Made by a program: the position numbers and the translations under genes
Origin: Squalus acanthias
Lineage: Eukaryota
Direction of reading: 5' to 3'
Assembly: GCA_030390025.1 (NCBI GenBank)
Contig: CM059433.1
Span: 19,160,001 to 19,224,000 of the forward strand
DNA: 64,000 bases
Notes under the pieces: generated by a model
Database searches by the model: none
The model's input: the letters and a program-made list of their open reading frames with translations, nothing else
What the model was told of the DNA's origin: nothing
In this document: positions 50,601 to 64,000 of the stretch, piece by piece
Position numbering within the stretch: the first letter of the stretch is position 1
Layout: each line of letters opens with the position of its first letter

Positions 50601-51639
50601 TAAATAACTTTGACAGACAAAGCAATGTTTAACAATTGGCCCCCTTATTGATTGTCAAAGCTAATAGCTTACGCTCAACTCATTATCTCCACTGCTTTTC
50701 TGATTCCTTTGCAAACACAATTTATAACTTAATTTGCCAAGAGCACAATCTATCACCAAAGCAATATTATTGAAGGTTTATAACCAAATGATACATTTTA
50801 AATAGGGTAATATATGCTATCCAGGAATCATTTCTCACACCATGTATACTTTACATAAAAATAGTAATCTATCTAGGGCAAAATCAAGCTGAATTTTTCC
50901 TTTTTCCCAAGAAGGAAAATGACTTTTAACTTAGCTGCCAAGGAAGGCTGTCTGGCAATTGCATTTTAAAGACTTGAGAGAGAAAATCAATTTTTCCCAT
51001 TGGAGTGCAGGACCCATCAAACTTAAGAGTGCACAACTCATTGGCTTTTCATGCAAATTAATCACTCTCAGTGTCACAGACACTCATGAGGGCCATATCC
51101 CTAAAGGGGGAGAAATTGAACACTTAACTATAATAATTACACTTAAAAAAGTAGCTATGCCAGAGGAAAAGACTGAACTGTGAAATACATCTGAACTTAA
51201 GGTAACGACAGAGTCCTTGTGAACAGAACTTTTGCTTCTTTTGCGGAGAAAATCAATTCCCAAACAATAATTTGCAGCTTGGCAGATTGTCAAAAGGATT
51301 ATATGAACTGTGTTTCCAGAATTACTTTAGTCTTTTAAAGTAAATTAAAGTTTTGATATAGCCTCTGGATTAGTCAAACTCAAAACTTTGTTATAAATGT
51401 CTGCCTGCATGGTATAAAAGTGTTTGGGCTGACAACTCACCAAATTAATTGATAGGAAGGATGTCAAAAAAAGGCACACTTTAGAATACTGAGAACAGCT
51501 TTCAGTTCTCATAACTGAACAGAACAGAGGTTTCTCAATGGAAAGGAGTTTATGCCCAGCACGCTAATGAATCTCCTATATTTCCAGCAGACAACACATC
51601 CTTGACATTTAAAATAAATTTAAAATTAGATACAATTTT

Positions 51640-51675
51640 CATGGTTGTGACACATTACATGGTTGTGGCACATTA
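51640..51675 (+). repeat. 18-bp tandem duplication
   Basis: CATGGTTGTGACACATTA followed by CATGGTTGTGGCACATTA. Confidence 0.8.
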
Positions 51676-51841
51676 CTAAAATTTGAGGTATTTGTTATAA
51701 CATTTTTTTTTAATTTAAATGTGCTGACTTATGATGGTTATACTGCTGCTAACTGTCTGACATGTATACAGTGTCACGTGACAGGTAGAAAGATATAAGG
51801 TTTTCAATTTCTGACAGCACTTTACCAAGTTACCCACATAA

Positions 51842-51888
51842 CATAATAGAAACATAGAAACATAGAAGATAGGAGCAGGAGTAGGCCA
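51842..51888 (-). mobile_element. CR1 extreme 3' tail
   Basis: (AGAAACAT)2 microsatellite then AGGAGCAGGAGTAGGCCA. Confidence 0.7.
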
Positions 51889-52294
51889 ACTAATATAACT
51901 AAGACAAAAGACCTCTAATTTACCACTTATTTTAGCCCATGAATCTGTATTTTTTTTTTTAAGTGCAAGACACAATTTATTCGTATTTTTTTTATTAAGT
52001 ACAATTTGATGAAGGCATTAATTATTTCATAGAAAGGTCAATGCAAAGCATTTATATCTACATGCACTTATAGTGCATTTAATTTCTAGCTGTACAATGT
52101 ACTCTAGCACGTAGTCCAAGGGAAGCCAGAATGATTTCTTCTGTCTATTCATAGGTCCCCACTTAAAGGGTTGAAAGGGAATTACCAGTGGCTCTGTTAT
52201 TGGTCAATCATCTCTCTTTGGATTTTTGGTAAATGCAGTGTGGGTTGGACTGAAACATACTCCTGTATCTATGTTGTCTGGAGAGAGTGACCTC

Positions 52295-52735
52295 CCCGGT
52301 GGAAGATAACTGACAGCCCTGGGGGGAGTGTACACATACAACACTTCTGCAATTCCTGTCAAGTTATCATAAAAAGCTGCATTGATTGAGTCAGATACAG
52401 CAGCTTGCAGAAACGTGCAGTAAGGCTTCAGATAAAAGGGCACTTTCAAGCTGGGAAACCAAGCCAGTGGGGAATTGTGTTTGCTTTACAGCATTGTCTC
52501 TGCCTGCGCAACACAGACTGAAAGACTACAGGAAGTAATACAGAACCTTATTACTCCAGTTTTGACAGAACATCAAGCAGCAACAGTTCACAGTGCTTTG
52601 TACTTGGCAATTTTACCACAGAATTCCAGAGGATAAAAGCAACACAACTGAAAAATTCTTTTGACAGATCTTAAAAAATTCTTGGATTGCACTTAATATA
52701 CAAAGGACTTACTGCACTTTGAACGGACACAGAAA
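52295..52735 (+). promoter_or_regulatory. ANGPT2: ANGPT2 proximal promoter and 5' UTR
   Basis: GGAAGATAAC (overlapping ETS/GATA cores) 52301-52310; TTATCATAAAAAG (GATA plus TATA-like) ~52364-52376; TGAGTCA (AP-1) 52387-52393. No ATG between 52381 and the start codon. TSS position is inferred. Confidence 0.65.
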
Positions 52736-53017
52736 ATGTTGATTCCATCTCTGTTTTTCTTCAGCTGCAGTCTCTCCCTGGGAACAGGGTTTCGCAAGGG
52801 TATGGATAACACTGGAAAAAGGCATTATCAAATTCAGCATGGACCTTGCAGTTATACCTTTTTGCTTCCTGAGGTGGACAATTGCCGCTCGGTGGCAAAT
52901 CACTATGTACCTAACACGGTGCAAAGGGACTCTCCAGAAATAGATAATGATGGCTCTTTGCAAAGGCTTCAGCAACTCGAAAATATAATGGAAAACAATA
53001 CACAGTGGCTGCAGAAG
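52736..53017 (+). CDS. ANGPT2: Angiopoietin-2, first coding exon (signal peptide, superclustering region, start of coiled coil)
   Basis: Translation MLIPSLFFFSCSLSLGTGFRKGMDNTGKRHYQIQHGPCSYTFLLPEVDNCRS...VQRD...LQRLQQLENIMENNTQWLQK matches the ANGPT2 N-terminus (human FRKSMDSIGKKQYQVQHGSCSYTFLLPEMDNCRS...LENIMENNTQWLMK). ATG has A at -3; phase-0 donor AAG|GTAGGC at 53017/53018, at the position where I recall mammalian exon 1 ending. 282 nt = 94 codons. Exon 2 not found in the window. Confidence 0.96.
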
Positions 53018-54825
53018 GTAGGCTACTCAGCTTCCTCTTAGAAAAGTGAGACATTCTTTTAGCAGCAAGGTAGTGATTGAAAAATCAAAAGAAAAGGAAA
53101 TGTATTAAGTGCACAAACTGTGACAAACTTCAATATAAAGTGTTGGTCTGATGTACAGACTGCTGATGGAGTTTGCTAATTTGTCTTGCCAATCTATAAA
53201 AACTTTGCCTTGTGAGCGACTACAGCACTGTTCGTGTGCTTGTGAGCAGGCAAAAGCATCCGCGGTATTTTGCTTTGGCTAAAGCATATTCATTGTTTGG
53301 TGTAGTTTTTAGTATTTCACATACGATTACAAAAGTAGTCCAAAATAGCATATTGGCAACTCAAACAAAATTGTTTAATTATTAAATAGTCGAAAACACT
53401 TTTTTTTTTTTAAAAGTGGTCTCAAAATGAGTTTTGTCTTCACAAATCTCTTACTGATCAAAATTATCAGTGCTTTCAAGAAACTCCAGCTGAGAGGTAC
53501 GATGATTCCCTACCCCCCCCCGCCCCCCATTATTCCCGAGATCAAATCCCACTGTAAACTACAATTAATGTGCTAAGTGAAAATTGCTTGGCATAAGTGG
53601 CCAAGTTCGTAAGTCTGTAAATCCACGTGATATGGCACTAGGTTAACACAACTTTAGCTCCCTTCTTTCGAATGTTCTGTGCCATGTGCAAACTAGTTAC
53701 TGATCAAACTAATCGAACTGTCTCCATGGAAACATATTATGTGGTTGTTTAAAAGCACCACAACAATTCAGCATACTACCAAGTTGCATTTTTCCTTCCG
53801 TACCTTTAAAAGTGCCCTTAAGCAAACATGTGCAACATTTTTCAGCATTTTCTGACTTGTTTCTGCCAGAGCGCTCTATTGTAAAACTTTGTAAATACAG
53901 TAACAAACTCTACTCCCAGTAATACAATTTTTTTTTTAGGAGTGCCTCATTTTTCCTCACACCTCATGCTTAAAGCGACCAAGAAGTGGGTAAAGTTGCA
54001 CCAGGTTACCATCAACATGGTCGGAAAGCGGTTGCTAGGTGGTGTGCAGAAGTGGCTGAGGGTAACTGTACCTATGATTTTTCCCCTTCTGCTTTGTTGG
54101 AAAATACCTGGCCTCCACTCTGCACTTTCCCACAGCAGCACCGTGGATACTGGGAGCAGTGCATGAAGGATCACTGATGTATCCAGCAGTACTAACTTCT
54201 AACCCTCTCTGTTTTAATAAGGCTAAAAACAGCTAGATAATTCCCAGTGAAAGCTCCTTACATTCCTGGGCCAAAATATGTTTGGACATGAAACTTTTTA
54301 TTAACCAATTTAATGTCATGGTACAAAGAAATTGCTCATGAGCAGGTCAGATTAACATTAAGCAGCAATGAATTTTAACATTGGTTATGTGAAATGCGCT
54401 GGTAATTTTAGTTAAACGGACTAGATTCTACCAATAACTATATTGGTTATAAAAGACATGAAAGAAGGTATCGAAATGTGTGAAAAATAATACCAAGTAA
54501 AGCCATCAAAGGAAAAACATTAAGAAAAATATTTAAGAAATTTTGTATAGTAACACTTAAAACAGAGGGAAAAAAGTTTTTTTGCTATTGGCATAAATAA
54601 ATAATGTATTTTATTCTGTCGAGATGACTAGGTCCTGTGCACATTATTGTACATGTTGCCATTTTACATTCTTATGCAGTTTCTCTTTCATTTTATATGC
54701 ATCAACTAACAGCTTTTATTCTTCTCTCACTACATTGTGAATAGCAACAGCCCATTTGTGCACCCCAATAGCATACCAACATGGCTCCTTCAAGTGGGAG
54801 GTCATGGTTTCATCCTTATTAATCA

Positions 54826-55045
54826 TTCAGAAGGAGGCCATTCGGCCCATTGTACCCGTGCCGACTCTTTGAAAGAGCTATCCAATTAGTCCCACTCCCT
54901 CACTCCTTCCCCAGAGCCCTGCAAATGTTTCCTTTTCAAAGTATATATCCAATTCCCTTTTGAAAGTTACTATTGAATCGGTTTCCACTACCCTTTCAGA
55001 CAGTGCAATCCTGATCGTAACAACTTGTTGTGTAAAAATAATTTC
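54826..55045 (-). mobile_element. CR1 3' end in ANGPT2 intron 1
   Basis: Similar to 24300-24540; VVETDSIVTFKRELD. Confidence 0.8.
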
Positions 55046-56059
55046 CCACATGGAGATTTCCTCTGGTAACACACTGGTTAAAACATTTGTATAAAATTCC
55101 TTTGTGCACTAAGCAAACAGGTTAATAACTGTCAAAACAGTGCTGACAGGACTTTTACTCAAATACATTACCCAGAGGAAATTAACCTCCCCTGGTGAGT
55201 CCCTATCTCAGTTGAGTTCATGGGGAGGGTGATTTGAGGAGAAGTTGTGGGGAGCAGAGTTCCCCATCACTGAGGGAAAGCGAATCCCCAACCTTCCTAA
55301 TGCAGCTAGTTACACTGTACCATGGCAGAGATCCGAAAGCAAATGTTTCGTAAGTAAATTAACAAAAGTTATATGTTAATTTTAAAAAGAAATTATTGGT
55401 TCCAGTGATGTTACTGTATAACTTTCACAGCATCGTTAGTCCTTGGTTGTGCTGTCATCGCTATTAAATACAAAAATTTTGGTGCAAGTATTCTTAAAAG
55501 GTAGTAATTAAAAGTTTAGGCAGCACAGTGCCACAGCATTTTATTGTACCAACGAGGCTTGCCAAAAAGAAATAGCAGCTATTCGGTAGCAGCATTTGCA
55601 GAGAACTGGGACCAGACTGCTTGTTCACCTTCTCAGCTGGAGTTAGAGAATAGAAAACAGTTAGAGAGTGCGGGACAAAGGGATTTTTTTTTTTTTTTAA
55701 ATAGGAAAGGGTTAAAAAGTTTTTTTTAATGCCACAGTTTCACAGCTGCAAAAGCCAAAGTTGGCAGAAATATTTTCAGTAAGCAAGAAAGGTCTCAAGA
55801 AAACAAGAACAGGATTTTGTTCAACTGTTTCCTGCAGTAAACTGCAATATACTGGCATGGACGTAAGTGTGGCAATTAGCCAAGTTAGATGAATGATATC
55901 AAAAAGAATATCACAGAATATGTCGAGTATTTGTCTGAAAGTAGATGATTATTTCTAACCACTACCTCGTGTTCTCTCTTCTGAAGACATCAATTCCTTC
56001 TGGGGGATAGTTGGACAACAAACAATGTAATTATGATCTGTCATGATGGCATTGTTTTG

Positions 56060-56290
56060 GAGAATTTTTTTTATACAGTGAGTTGTTGGAGCAAAGAATG
56101 CTTTGCCACTTAGAGTGGTAAAGGCCGATAACACAGCATCTTTAAAAGAAAAGTTGGGCAAAAATTTGAAGCAGAAAAGTTAAAGGGCTGTGGGAAGAAA
56201 ACAGGGCTGTGGGATTAGGTTTGGATTGCTCGAGACACAGTCACAGACACGATTGACTGAATAGCCTCCTTCTGTGCTGTAAACTTTTAT
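56060..56290 (+). mobile_element. Old CR1 3' end
   Basis: GAATTTTTTTTATACAGTGAGTTGTT...AATGCTTTGCC and tail GACTGAATAGCCTCTTCTGTGCTGTAAA. Confidence 0.6.
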
Positions 56291-59104
56291 GGACCTAACT
56301 AAGAGTCTCCAAATTACACTGTTAATTACTGCTCTGAAGTTTAAATGCACAGCCGCTTCAGAATCATTCACCTCAGTCCTCCAAAGCAATACTCTCCTCC
56401 ATTGCTCTGACTCTGCTCGCAAGATAAGTTGGTGCTGGAACGGCTGATCTGAAAAATCAAAGCTTCTCCACTCACTCATCTGTGACTCAGCTGGTAGACC
56501 CAAGAAAGCTGGCCAACAATGCTCTCCCAACATGGTTTCCCCATTACAGAAATGGCCATTAAAGTTAGTAAGCGTCCACCTCAGCTATGCCAACGGCAAC
56601 CTTTGCTGCGATTAGTACGGTGGAACTGCCGACTTTAAAATCAGCAGAGAACGTATCTGTTTAAATGGTGTTCGGTGCGAGTGAGCAAACTGATTGGTGA
56701 ATCTAATCAGCTGGTGTTACATTTAATGTGCGATCTGCTAACCAGCACCAGATCCCATTTAAACAGACAGACTTCATTCCTTTCAAAGCTGGCAGCTCCG
56801 CAATCCTGATCTCAGTAGAAGTTGCCAATTGGATTGCTGGAGTTGAGCACCCGTTGCTCTTACTACTCACCTCTAACATGGCGGGGCTGTGGTTGTTGCT
56901 GCAGCATTTTTGTCCAGTTCTCTCAGATTCCACAATTTGAGCCACAGTATGGTGATTGGGGAGAGCTTTAAGTTGACACGTGAATTGTTAACAGGGGCAG
57001 AACGAAAGAGATGAAGGCGACAAAAAAAAGCACTGGCAGCCCAGATTCCCACTGTGAAAATTTGCATATATACTTGAGAATACAGATAATTGAGGTCCTG
57101 TAGATATATACATATACAATATCAGAACATGAAATGCACGAGATTTTTTATGATTGTTTATATTTTCATAATAAAGATACAAGCTAATAGCACTGTGAAA
57201 AAAAGTAAATACTTAAAACATAGATTCTAAAAAGATATTTTTTATTTTAGGCATGTAATAATCTTGTTCTTAAAAAGCACAGTAACGTTGGCAGCTACTG
57301 TTGGCGATTAAGAAAAGAAATTCTTTCAAATGGTTATCTCCAAGGGGATCTGTCGCCCATGTCTGACATCTGAGGAGTCTGGAATTTAAATATCACTTCC
57401 CTTGTTCTATCTGTTCAAGCAGATGGCAGATTGTCAGCTTAAATAATTACTGCAAATATTGATAGATTGCTGGATTTCACAAGGGTTAACAACACCTGAT
57501 GTCACTGGACAAGAATTAAAACATTTCCACAATACGCTCCAGAGAGTGCATAACCCAAATATTTATACAACAACACATAGCTGTAGTGATAATCTCTTCA
57601 TCTCGACAGGCAGTCCCTTACTGCTGAGTCAGATCTTTCCCTGTTTAACACTTCTTCAGCTTACCACCTGTTTTATATCTACGGCACCCAGTTTGCAGAA
57701 AATTTGGGCTAAAGACTACTTTATTATTTTGCTCTACAATGTAATTCCAAGTAAGGAAAACAAGATAAGGAATTAATTTTGGTATTTAACAAATATCTGG
57801 CACCTAAAATTATTTCAAGTAAATCTTTTAATTTGGACATGTATATACAATTATTTGGCAATGTTTCTATCATCATTGTGCTTAATATAAAACAGTGTGG
57901 TCTTAGGAGAAAATATAAACCACATTACCTCCATGGAACATGTATTGCCAATAGATTGTTGTGAGCAGTGGCTGTCGTCGCAGAACAGTTACTTAATCAG
58001 CAAGCTTTCAAACTTGATTTGAAACTACTGTAGCTAGTCTATTTGACATGCATAAAAATTGCAGTGCTTGTTTTGCCTTTTTCCTGTTCCCTTTGAGTAG
58101 TTACTGAAAGCTTTTGCTAGCAATCATTTCTACTGAGTACCACAAAAAAACAACCAAATTGCTCAAGTAATTTTCTCAACTTTTTCTCTTCTGCACTCAG
58201 GTTAGCATATACATTTAAAGCAACATTTACAACAAAACGCAACATTAGAAAGCTACAGAATTCAGAAAAAAGACTAAATTTACCCCAAACATTGGCTATT
58301 TGAAATTAGAAATGCCCACAAAAGGTTCCCTCTGCACAGGCCAGCCTTTTAAGTTCAGGTGCTGGGGATTTCCAGCTATTCTGCACAAATTCTGTGTGTA
58401 TGAGAGGTGATGCCTAATGGGGGCTGCAGCTTGACTATGCTTCTCTGGAACTACAGTACGCAGAGTGCACCATGACAACACATCACCTGATAACCAAGTA
58501 GAAAACCTATACCTGCTGGAAAGGGAGGTATCGGAGGAGAGACGTAGGAAGGGAGAGATGGCAGAAGGGAGAGAAAGACCAACTCGTCATCGTGCCCGTC
58601 AACTACAAGAGTCGGGTCTACTGCGACAACCAGGCAAAAATAGCACAAGTTAAATTTTATTTTTGAAGCTTTTATCCAAACAGCAGGTAAAAACATCAAA
58701 AATGAAAAGTAGGGGATACGAACATCAAAATGAAAAGATTTCCACATTTTTAACCATTTTAAATTAAAAATTTTGATCCATCATTGGCAATGAGTTTTTA
58801 ATCATGTTGCTGGGGTGGGGTGTGACATTTGCATTGTGGTAGGAAGAGCAAAAAAGTAAATATCTTAAAATGTAATTTTAGCCCAATTACTAGTTTCCTA
58901 AGTTGGTTTTGTGAAATGTTAGGTAAATAGTATTACATATGTAAATATAACTTCGAGACCTGCATCTTTCAGTATTAGCAAGGGGTGTAATGTTTCTACC
59001 ATGTGTCTGTCATGTGATATATTGCTTCATTAAATTTGCTGTATTACAATAATAGGCTTCAACGGGACCACAGTAAACATTAGGAATCACACTCTAGGTC
59101 CTGA

Positions 59105-60215
59105 ACTTACACAAGGTTAGGGCTCATGGGGTTGGGGGTAATATAGTAGCATGGATAGAGGATTGGTTAACGGACAGAAAACAGAGAGTTGGGATAAACG
59201 GATCTTTTTCAGGTTGGCAGGCTATAACTAGTGGGATGCCGCAAGGATCAGTGTTGGGGCCTCAGCTATTTACAATCTATGACCTAGATGAAGGGACCGA
59301 GTGTAGTGTATCCAAGTTTGCTGACGATACAAAGCTAGGTGGGACAGTAAGCTGTGGGGAGAACACAAAGAGTCTGCAAAGGGATATAGATAGACTAAGT
59401 GAGTGGGCAGTAAAGTGGCAGATGGAGTATAATGTAGGGAATGTGAGGTTATTCACTTTGGTAGGAAGAATAGAAAAACAGAATATTTTTTAAATGCTGA
59501 GAAACTTTCAAATGTTGGTGTTGAGAGAGATTTGGGTGTCCTCGTGCAAGAAACACAGAAAGCTAGCATGCAGGTACAGCAAGCAATAAGGAAGGCAAAT
59601 GGCATGTTGGCCTTTATTGCAAGGGGGTTGGAGTATAAGAGTAAGGAAGTCTTGCTACAATTGTACAGGGCCTTGGTGAGACCACACCTGGGGAGTACTG
59701 TGCACAGTTTTGGTCTCCTTATCTAAGGAAGGATATACTTGCCTTTGCAACAAAGGTTCACTAGATTGATTCCTGGGATGAGGGCTGTCCAATGATGAGA
59801 GATTGTGTAGACTGGGCCTACACTCTCTGGAGTTTAGAAGAATGAGAGGTGATCTCATTGAAACATACAAGATTCTGAAGGGGATTGACAGGGTAGATGC
59901 TGAGAGGTTGTTTCCCCTGGCTGGAGTGTCTAGAACTAAGGGGCATAGTCTCAAGATAAGGGGTAGGCTATTTTCTTCACTTAGAGGGTTGTGAATCTTT
60001 GGAATTCTCTGCCCCAGAGGGCTGTGGATGCTGAGTCTTTGAGTATATTCAAGGCTGAGATGGATAGATTTTTGGACTCTAGAGGAATCAAGGGATATGG
60101 AGATCGGGCGGGAAAGTGGAGTTGAGGTCGATGATCAGCCATGATCTTATTGAATGGTGGAGCAGGCTCGAGGGGCCAAATGGCCTACTCCTGCTCCTAT
60201 TTCTTATATTCTAAT
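59105..60215 (+). mobile_element. CR1-clade LINE (family A)
   Basis: [53 protein letters not shown]; family tail. Confidence 0.9.
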
Positions 60216-60404
60216 GAACAACAACATAGCAAATTTATTGGTACTGCCCAGTGATTGAATCCTAGATATTACACGGATGATAACGTCCCAGCCAGCACAA
60301 TCTCTTCATAACTGGACATGATTTTCAATAATCCACACCAATTACAGTATAACGATGCTACATTTTGGGTGCAAGGGACATGTGGATTAGGTGTTGTTTG
60401 ACTA

Positions 60405-61025
60405 TTCTAGTTGAATTTTTTGAGGAGGTCATTAACATGGTGGACAGGGGAGAAGTCTATGGACTTCCAGAAGGCATTTAATAAGGTTCTGCACAAGAGA
60501 CTAGCAGCAAAAATGAAAGGGCATGGAATTGGAGGTAACCTTGTGACATGGGTTGGTAATTGGTTGGGAGGTAGGAGACAGTAGGGGTAAAGGGAACATT
60601 CTCTGATTGACAGGATGTGACAAGTGGTGTTCCCCAGGGATCTGTACTGGAGCCTCAACTTTTCAACATATATATAGAAATGACTTGGATGAAGGACTAG
60701 AAAGTAAAAATCCAAGTTTGCAAATGACACTAAGTTAGGAGACACACTAAGTTTTGTAGATGGGAGGAGGAACTTACAAAGGGACACAGACTAAATGAGT
60801 GGGCAAAACTATGGCGGATAGAGTTCAATGTGGGGAAGTGTGAGATCATCCACTTTTGATCCAAGAAAGACAAATCAGAATATTTTCTTAATGGTGAGAG
60901 ACTAGAAGCTGGAGAGGAGCAAAGGGATTTGGGTGTCCATGTACACAGGTTACTAAAAGCTAGTGCAAAGGTATAAAAAGTAATCAATATGGCTAATAGA
61001 ATGATGGCCTTTTTCTCAAGGAGGT
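60405..61025 (+). mobile_element. CR1-clade LINE RT fragment
   Basis: [29 protein letters not shown] readable across frameshifts. Confidence 0.8.
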
Positions 61026-64000
61026 TCCTTCAGGCTCTGTGATCAGTTGCCATAAGGAAACCAGCCTTTCAGGAAAATAGGCCACATTGAGAATCTTCAC
61101 CTAGCATCTGGGCACAGTGGCAGAGTGCCATCTAGAGGACACCCATCTATTTTTTGCTAATGCCTCTGATCCCAGGAATTCAGATGGGGGGCCTGGGGAA
61201 ATGCTGGCCAGTGGAAGGAGGTCCCACTCCATAACTATTATGGCGGCAGAGTGAGACTCGCAGATTTTCAGGGCCATTGAATTTAGAGCACAGATGAGAT
61301 CATTACACCTTATCTCTGCATGCATTTTTTTTTGTCCACCTTGAATCAGAATCCATGCTAAAGCAAGATGCTCAGCGTTTCGCTCTCTTGCACCCATTCA
61401 AACCTGACCAACACCAAGCCAGAAGGCCAGTTTCCAGATCCCAGCACTGATGACCATGAAAATATTCCTAAATGGGTGCAAAAGTTTGATCCTGACATGA
61501 ACACTCTTTGTATAAGCACAAAACAAACAGGTGCACCCCAGTGCCAAGAAGAAAACTGGATTCTTGAGATTGAGAGTATGAACTATCTGATGTGATACTG
61601 AGTCATGCAAGCCAGGTTCAACCCCCAATCTGTGCTGAATAAACTACTCTGAGCTAGGGCAGTGGTATGGATGCCACAAATGACTTCAGTGCCTGTGGTG
61701 AGGAAGATAAAAAGTCCCCCCAGGGTTCCCAATTGCTACAGAGTGACCCCTGGTGGAAAGTGCTCTTCTGTAGATGTCAGGTTAGTACAGGATCAGGGTC
61801 GGCTATGATGACACTCTCAGTCCCACAACCTTCCAACACTCACACATGAAGAACTGCCACTGTGGGTGCCACAGAAGAATAAGTGCTGCTGTGGAACCAT
61901 ACCCTCGCAAAAGTCAGTCCCTTAGGTTGAGAAAGGAGAAAAAGTCTGCTCACAAACCAAAGCGGAATAAACTAACAAAAGGAGCCAGTTCCCAAACGCA
62001 TGGCAAATTCAAATTTTAATAATTTGCCTGTAATTACTGTGTCTTTTAATGTGCAACAGGATGAAACATGTACCTGATTGTCTCCTTTTGGGACCCAGGC
62101 ATCTCTCCACCCTAATAAATTATCTTATCTCCTCAGGAAGCCAATGTTTTTCGGCCACATAAATCTTCAATTGAGCTTCAAAACCCAGATCTTGCAAGGC
62201 CTATTTCACATCATTGAACAGCTCATGTTTGTAAGCAGTTCAGCCAATGGACTCAAACGTTAAATATGCTTGTCAGCATAAAACCTAACCTCTTTGCCAG
62301 GCTTCCTTCATAATCCATGCCTTTACTGGAAAACTTAGTATTTTCAGAATCAAGATGTTTCGCATCAGAGCACTTTGTTAATGGTCTGTGCATTGCAGTC
62401 TGGAGACACAGAATCTTTAACGTGCAGTGCTTTACTGATGAGTTATTCCACAACTAAAACCAATTCCATGCTCATCTCTTCATCCTCAGGGATGTTCAGG
62501 TCAATTCAATGACCCCCAACTGTTGAGGTTTTCAACAGGACACAGAATTGAATGCCTTTCTGTTTGAGTGAGATCAATCGCGCAGCTATACTTCCATCAG
62601 CTGGTGTCTGTGGTCACGAGTTTTCTTCACTTCAGCCATTCTTTTTTTTCCAAATTGGGACATCAATTTGGTGATTATCATCCATAGATTCCCGAGAGGT
62701 CAGATACAGAGAATTTCGGAATTACAGATCTCCTTCAGCAAGGGATCAGATAAAGAACTAAGAATCAAGGAGGAAACCTCCAAAAGTGTGAGGTCAACCC
62801 CGTGGAGTGATCAAGGAGGTACAACTTCTGCAGCTGTAACGTTTTAGATTAGAATTCTTTTGTGTAGAGACCATGGGATGAGATTCCCTCCCACTCATTC
62901 ATAGCAAATGGGCAGAAAATCTATATTCCTAAATGCACACTTCTCACATTAGTATCCTATAGGTTTATGGTGTAATAAAATTGCAATACAGGAGGAGGTT
63001 TAAAACAGAGGCCTCGGCTATGAAAAAACTAGTCTCCCTGTCTGTGTGTTTATTCACTTTCATATGCATGGAGTAAGAAACTAGTACGGTGGCATCAGGA
63101 CAGCATATTGGCATGCATCGCTTGTTGCCCGTTAGTGCATGGGGTGTACAGGACTCAGTTTGGTGATGGGCCAGCTACTTGTTTTTAACCATACTGATAC
63201 TGATTGTAGCTTTCACAGTCATAGAATTTGCAGTATCAAGAAGGGGCTCCCTATTAGACATATCACCATGTCTTCAAAATGCTAAAAGGGATAATTATGG
63301 ATACTAACAACTTAAATTTAGGTTGAAGGAGAAAATTGGCCTACATATTTAGCCAGCTTCAAGTAATAGCAAAAATTAAAAAGAATGTTTTCTCACAGAA
63401 GCAGCTATGAGCAATGATCAAACGTTAATGCTGCATTGGTTAACTCCACTAAAAAGCAGCTAGACGGGAGCAGCACATTGGAGAACCAATTTGTGATACC
63501 ATAATTGAAATGCAAATCCAATCCTCACTTCACTGAACTTCTGATCTTACCTGTGCTAGTGTAGAAATGCAATAAACAGTAGCCAGCCACTTCGCTGAGG
63601 GGTGGAGGTGAAATTGGATGCCAAGTGTCTACTGGGTCTCTCCTGTGTACCTGTTGATGCGTTTTATTTCCAAACCGTTACATCCATGGAATTTTGTTTT
63701 AGAATCAACTGCAATAGTGGGAAATTTTCATTTTTTTTTTTACACCAGACATCATGATATCTCCGAGGTAGAAGACAAATTAGGGTCAAAAACTGTGCTG
63801 TGGGCCAACATCCACAACAAACTGCGTAGAGACTGTCCAAACTCTTCTCACATATGACCTTTTACAGTCAGAGAGAGAATTCCATCCCATTTGTCTGGGC
63901 TGGATTTAAACCCTGAGTTCCAGAGGCGAAATGAGTATGCTAATCCACTGTATCAGTGCTTTTCAAACATGTGTGTGTCCAGGATATCCTGCAAGTATTG

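Noticed and set aside
53018..53041. ORF-track extension VGYSASS* of the ANGPT2 ORF
   Set aside because: Read-through into intron 1 past the GT donor; homology stops at QWLQK.
61101..61397. ORF with RCNDL and a nearby single GATTTTCAGGGCC end, suggestive of a Harbinger Myb protein or MITE
   Set aside because: Similarity too short and no matching second TIR found.
1..64000. Prokaryotic systems (CRISPR arrays, operons, rRNA)
   Set aside because: No regularly spaced repeat-spacer array or gene-dense structure; the sequence is vertebrate intronic/intergenic DNA.

Overview
Eukaryotic, repeat-dense vertebrate DNA, most likely from a shark or other cartilaginous fish. This is inferred from Deu-domain tRNA-SINEs, CR1/L2 LINEs and Penelope-type repeats typical of elasmobranchs. 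The only host coding sequence I can support is exon 1 of angiopoietin-2 (ANGPT2; + strand, 52736-53017) with its proximal promoter; intron 1 runs off the window. The rest is non-coding and heavily layered with decayed retroelements (two CR1-group LINE families, L2, RTE, a Vingi/Ingi-like RT remnant, Penelope-like elements, SINEs) and hairpin-rich, TIR-bounded non-autonomous DNA elements (PIF/Harbinger-like MITEs). The most interesting structure is three minimal hammerhead ribozyme motifs on the minus strand, all from Penelope-like elements. One is a young 181-bp insertion with a 12-bp TSD, in which the hammerhead core is exactly the loop of a perfect 57-bp inverted repeat; a sister copy ends at the predicted self-cleavage site. 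Repeat family names come from recognised protein motifs and recall, not a database search, and many repeat boundaries are approximate.
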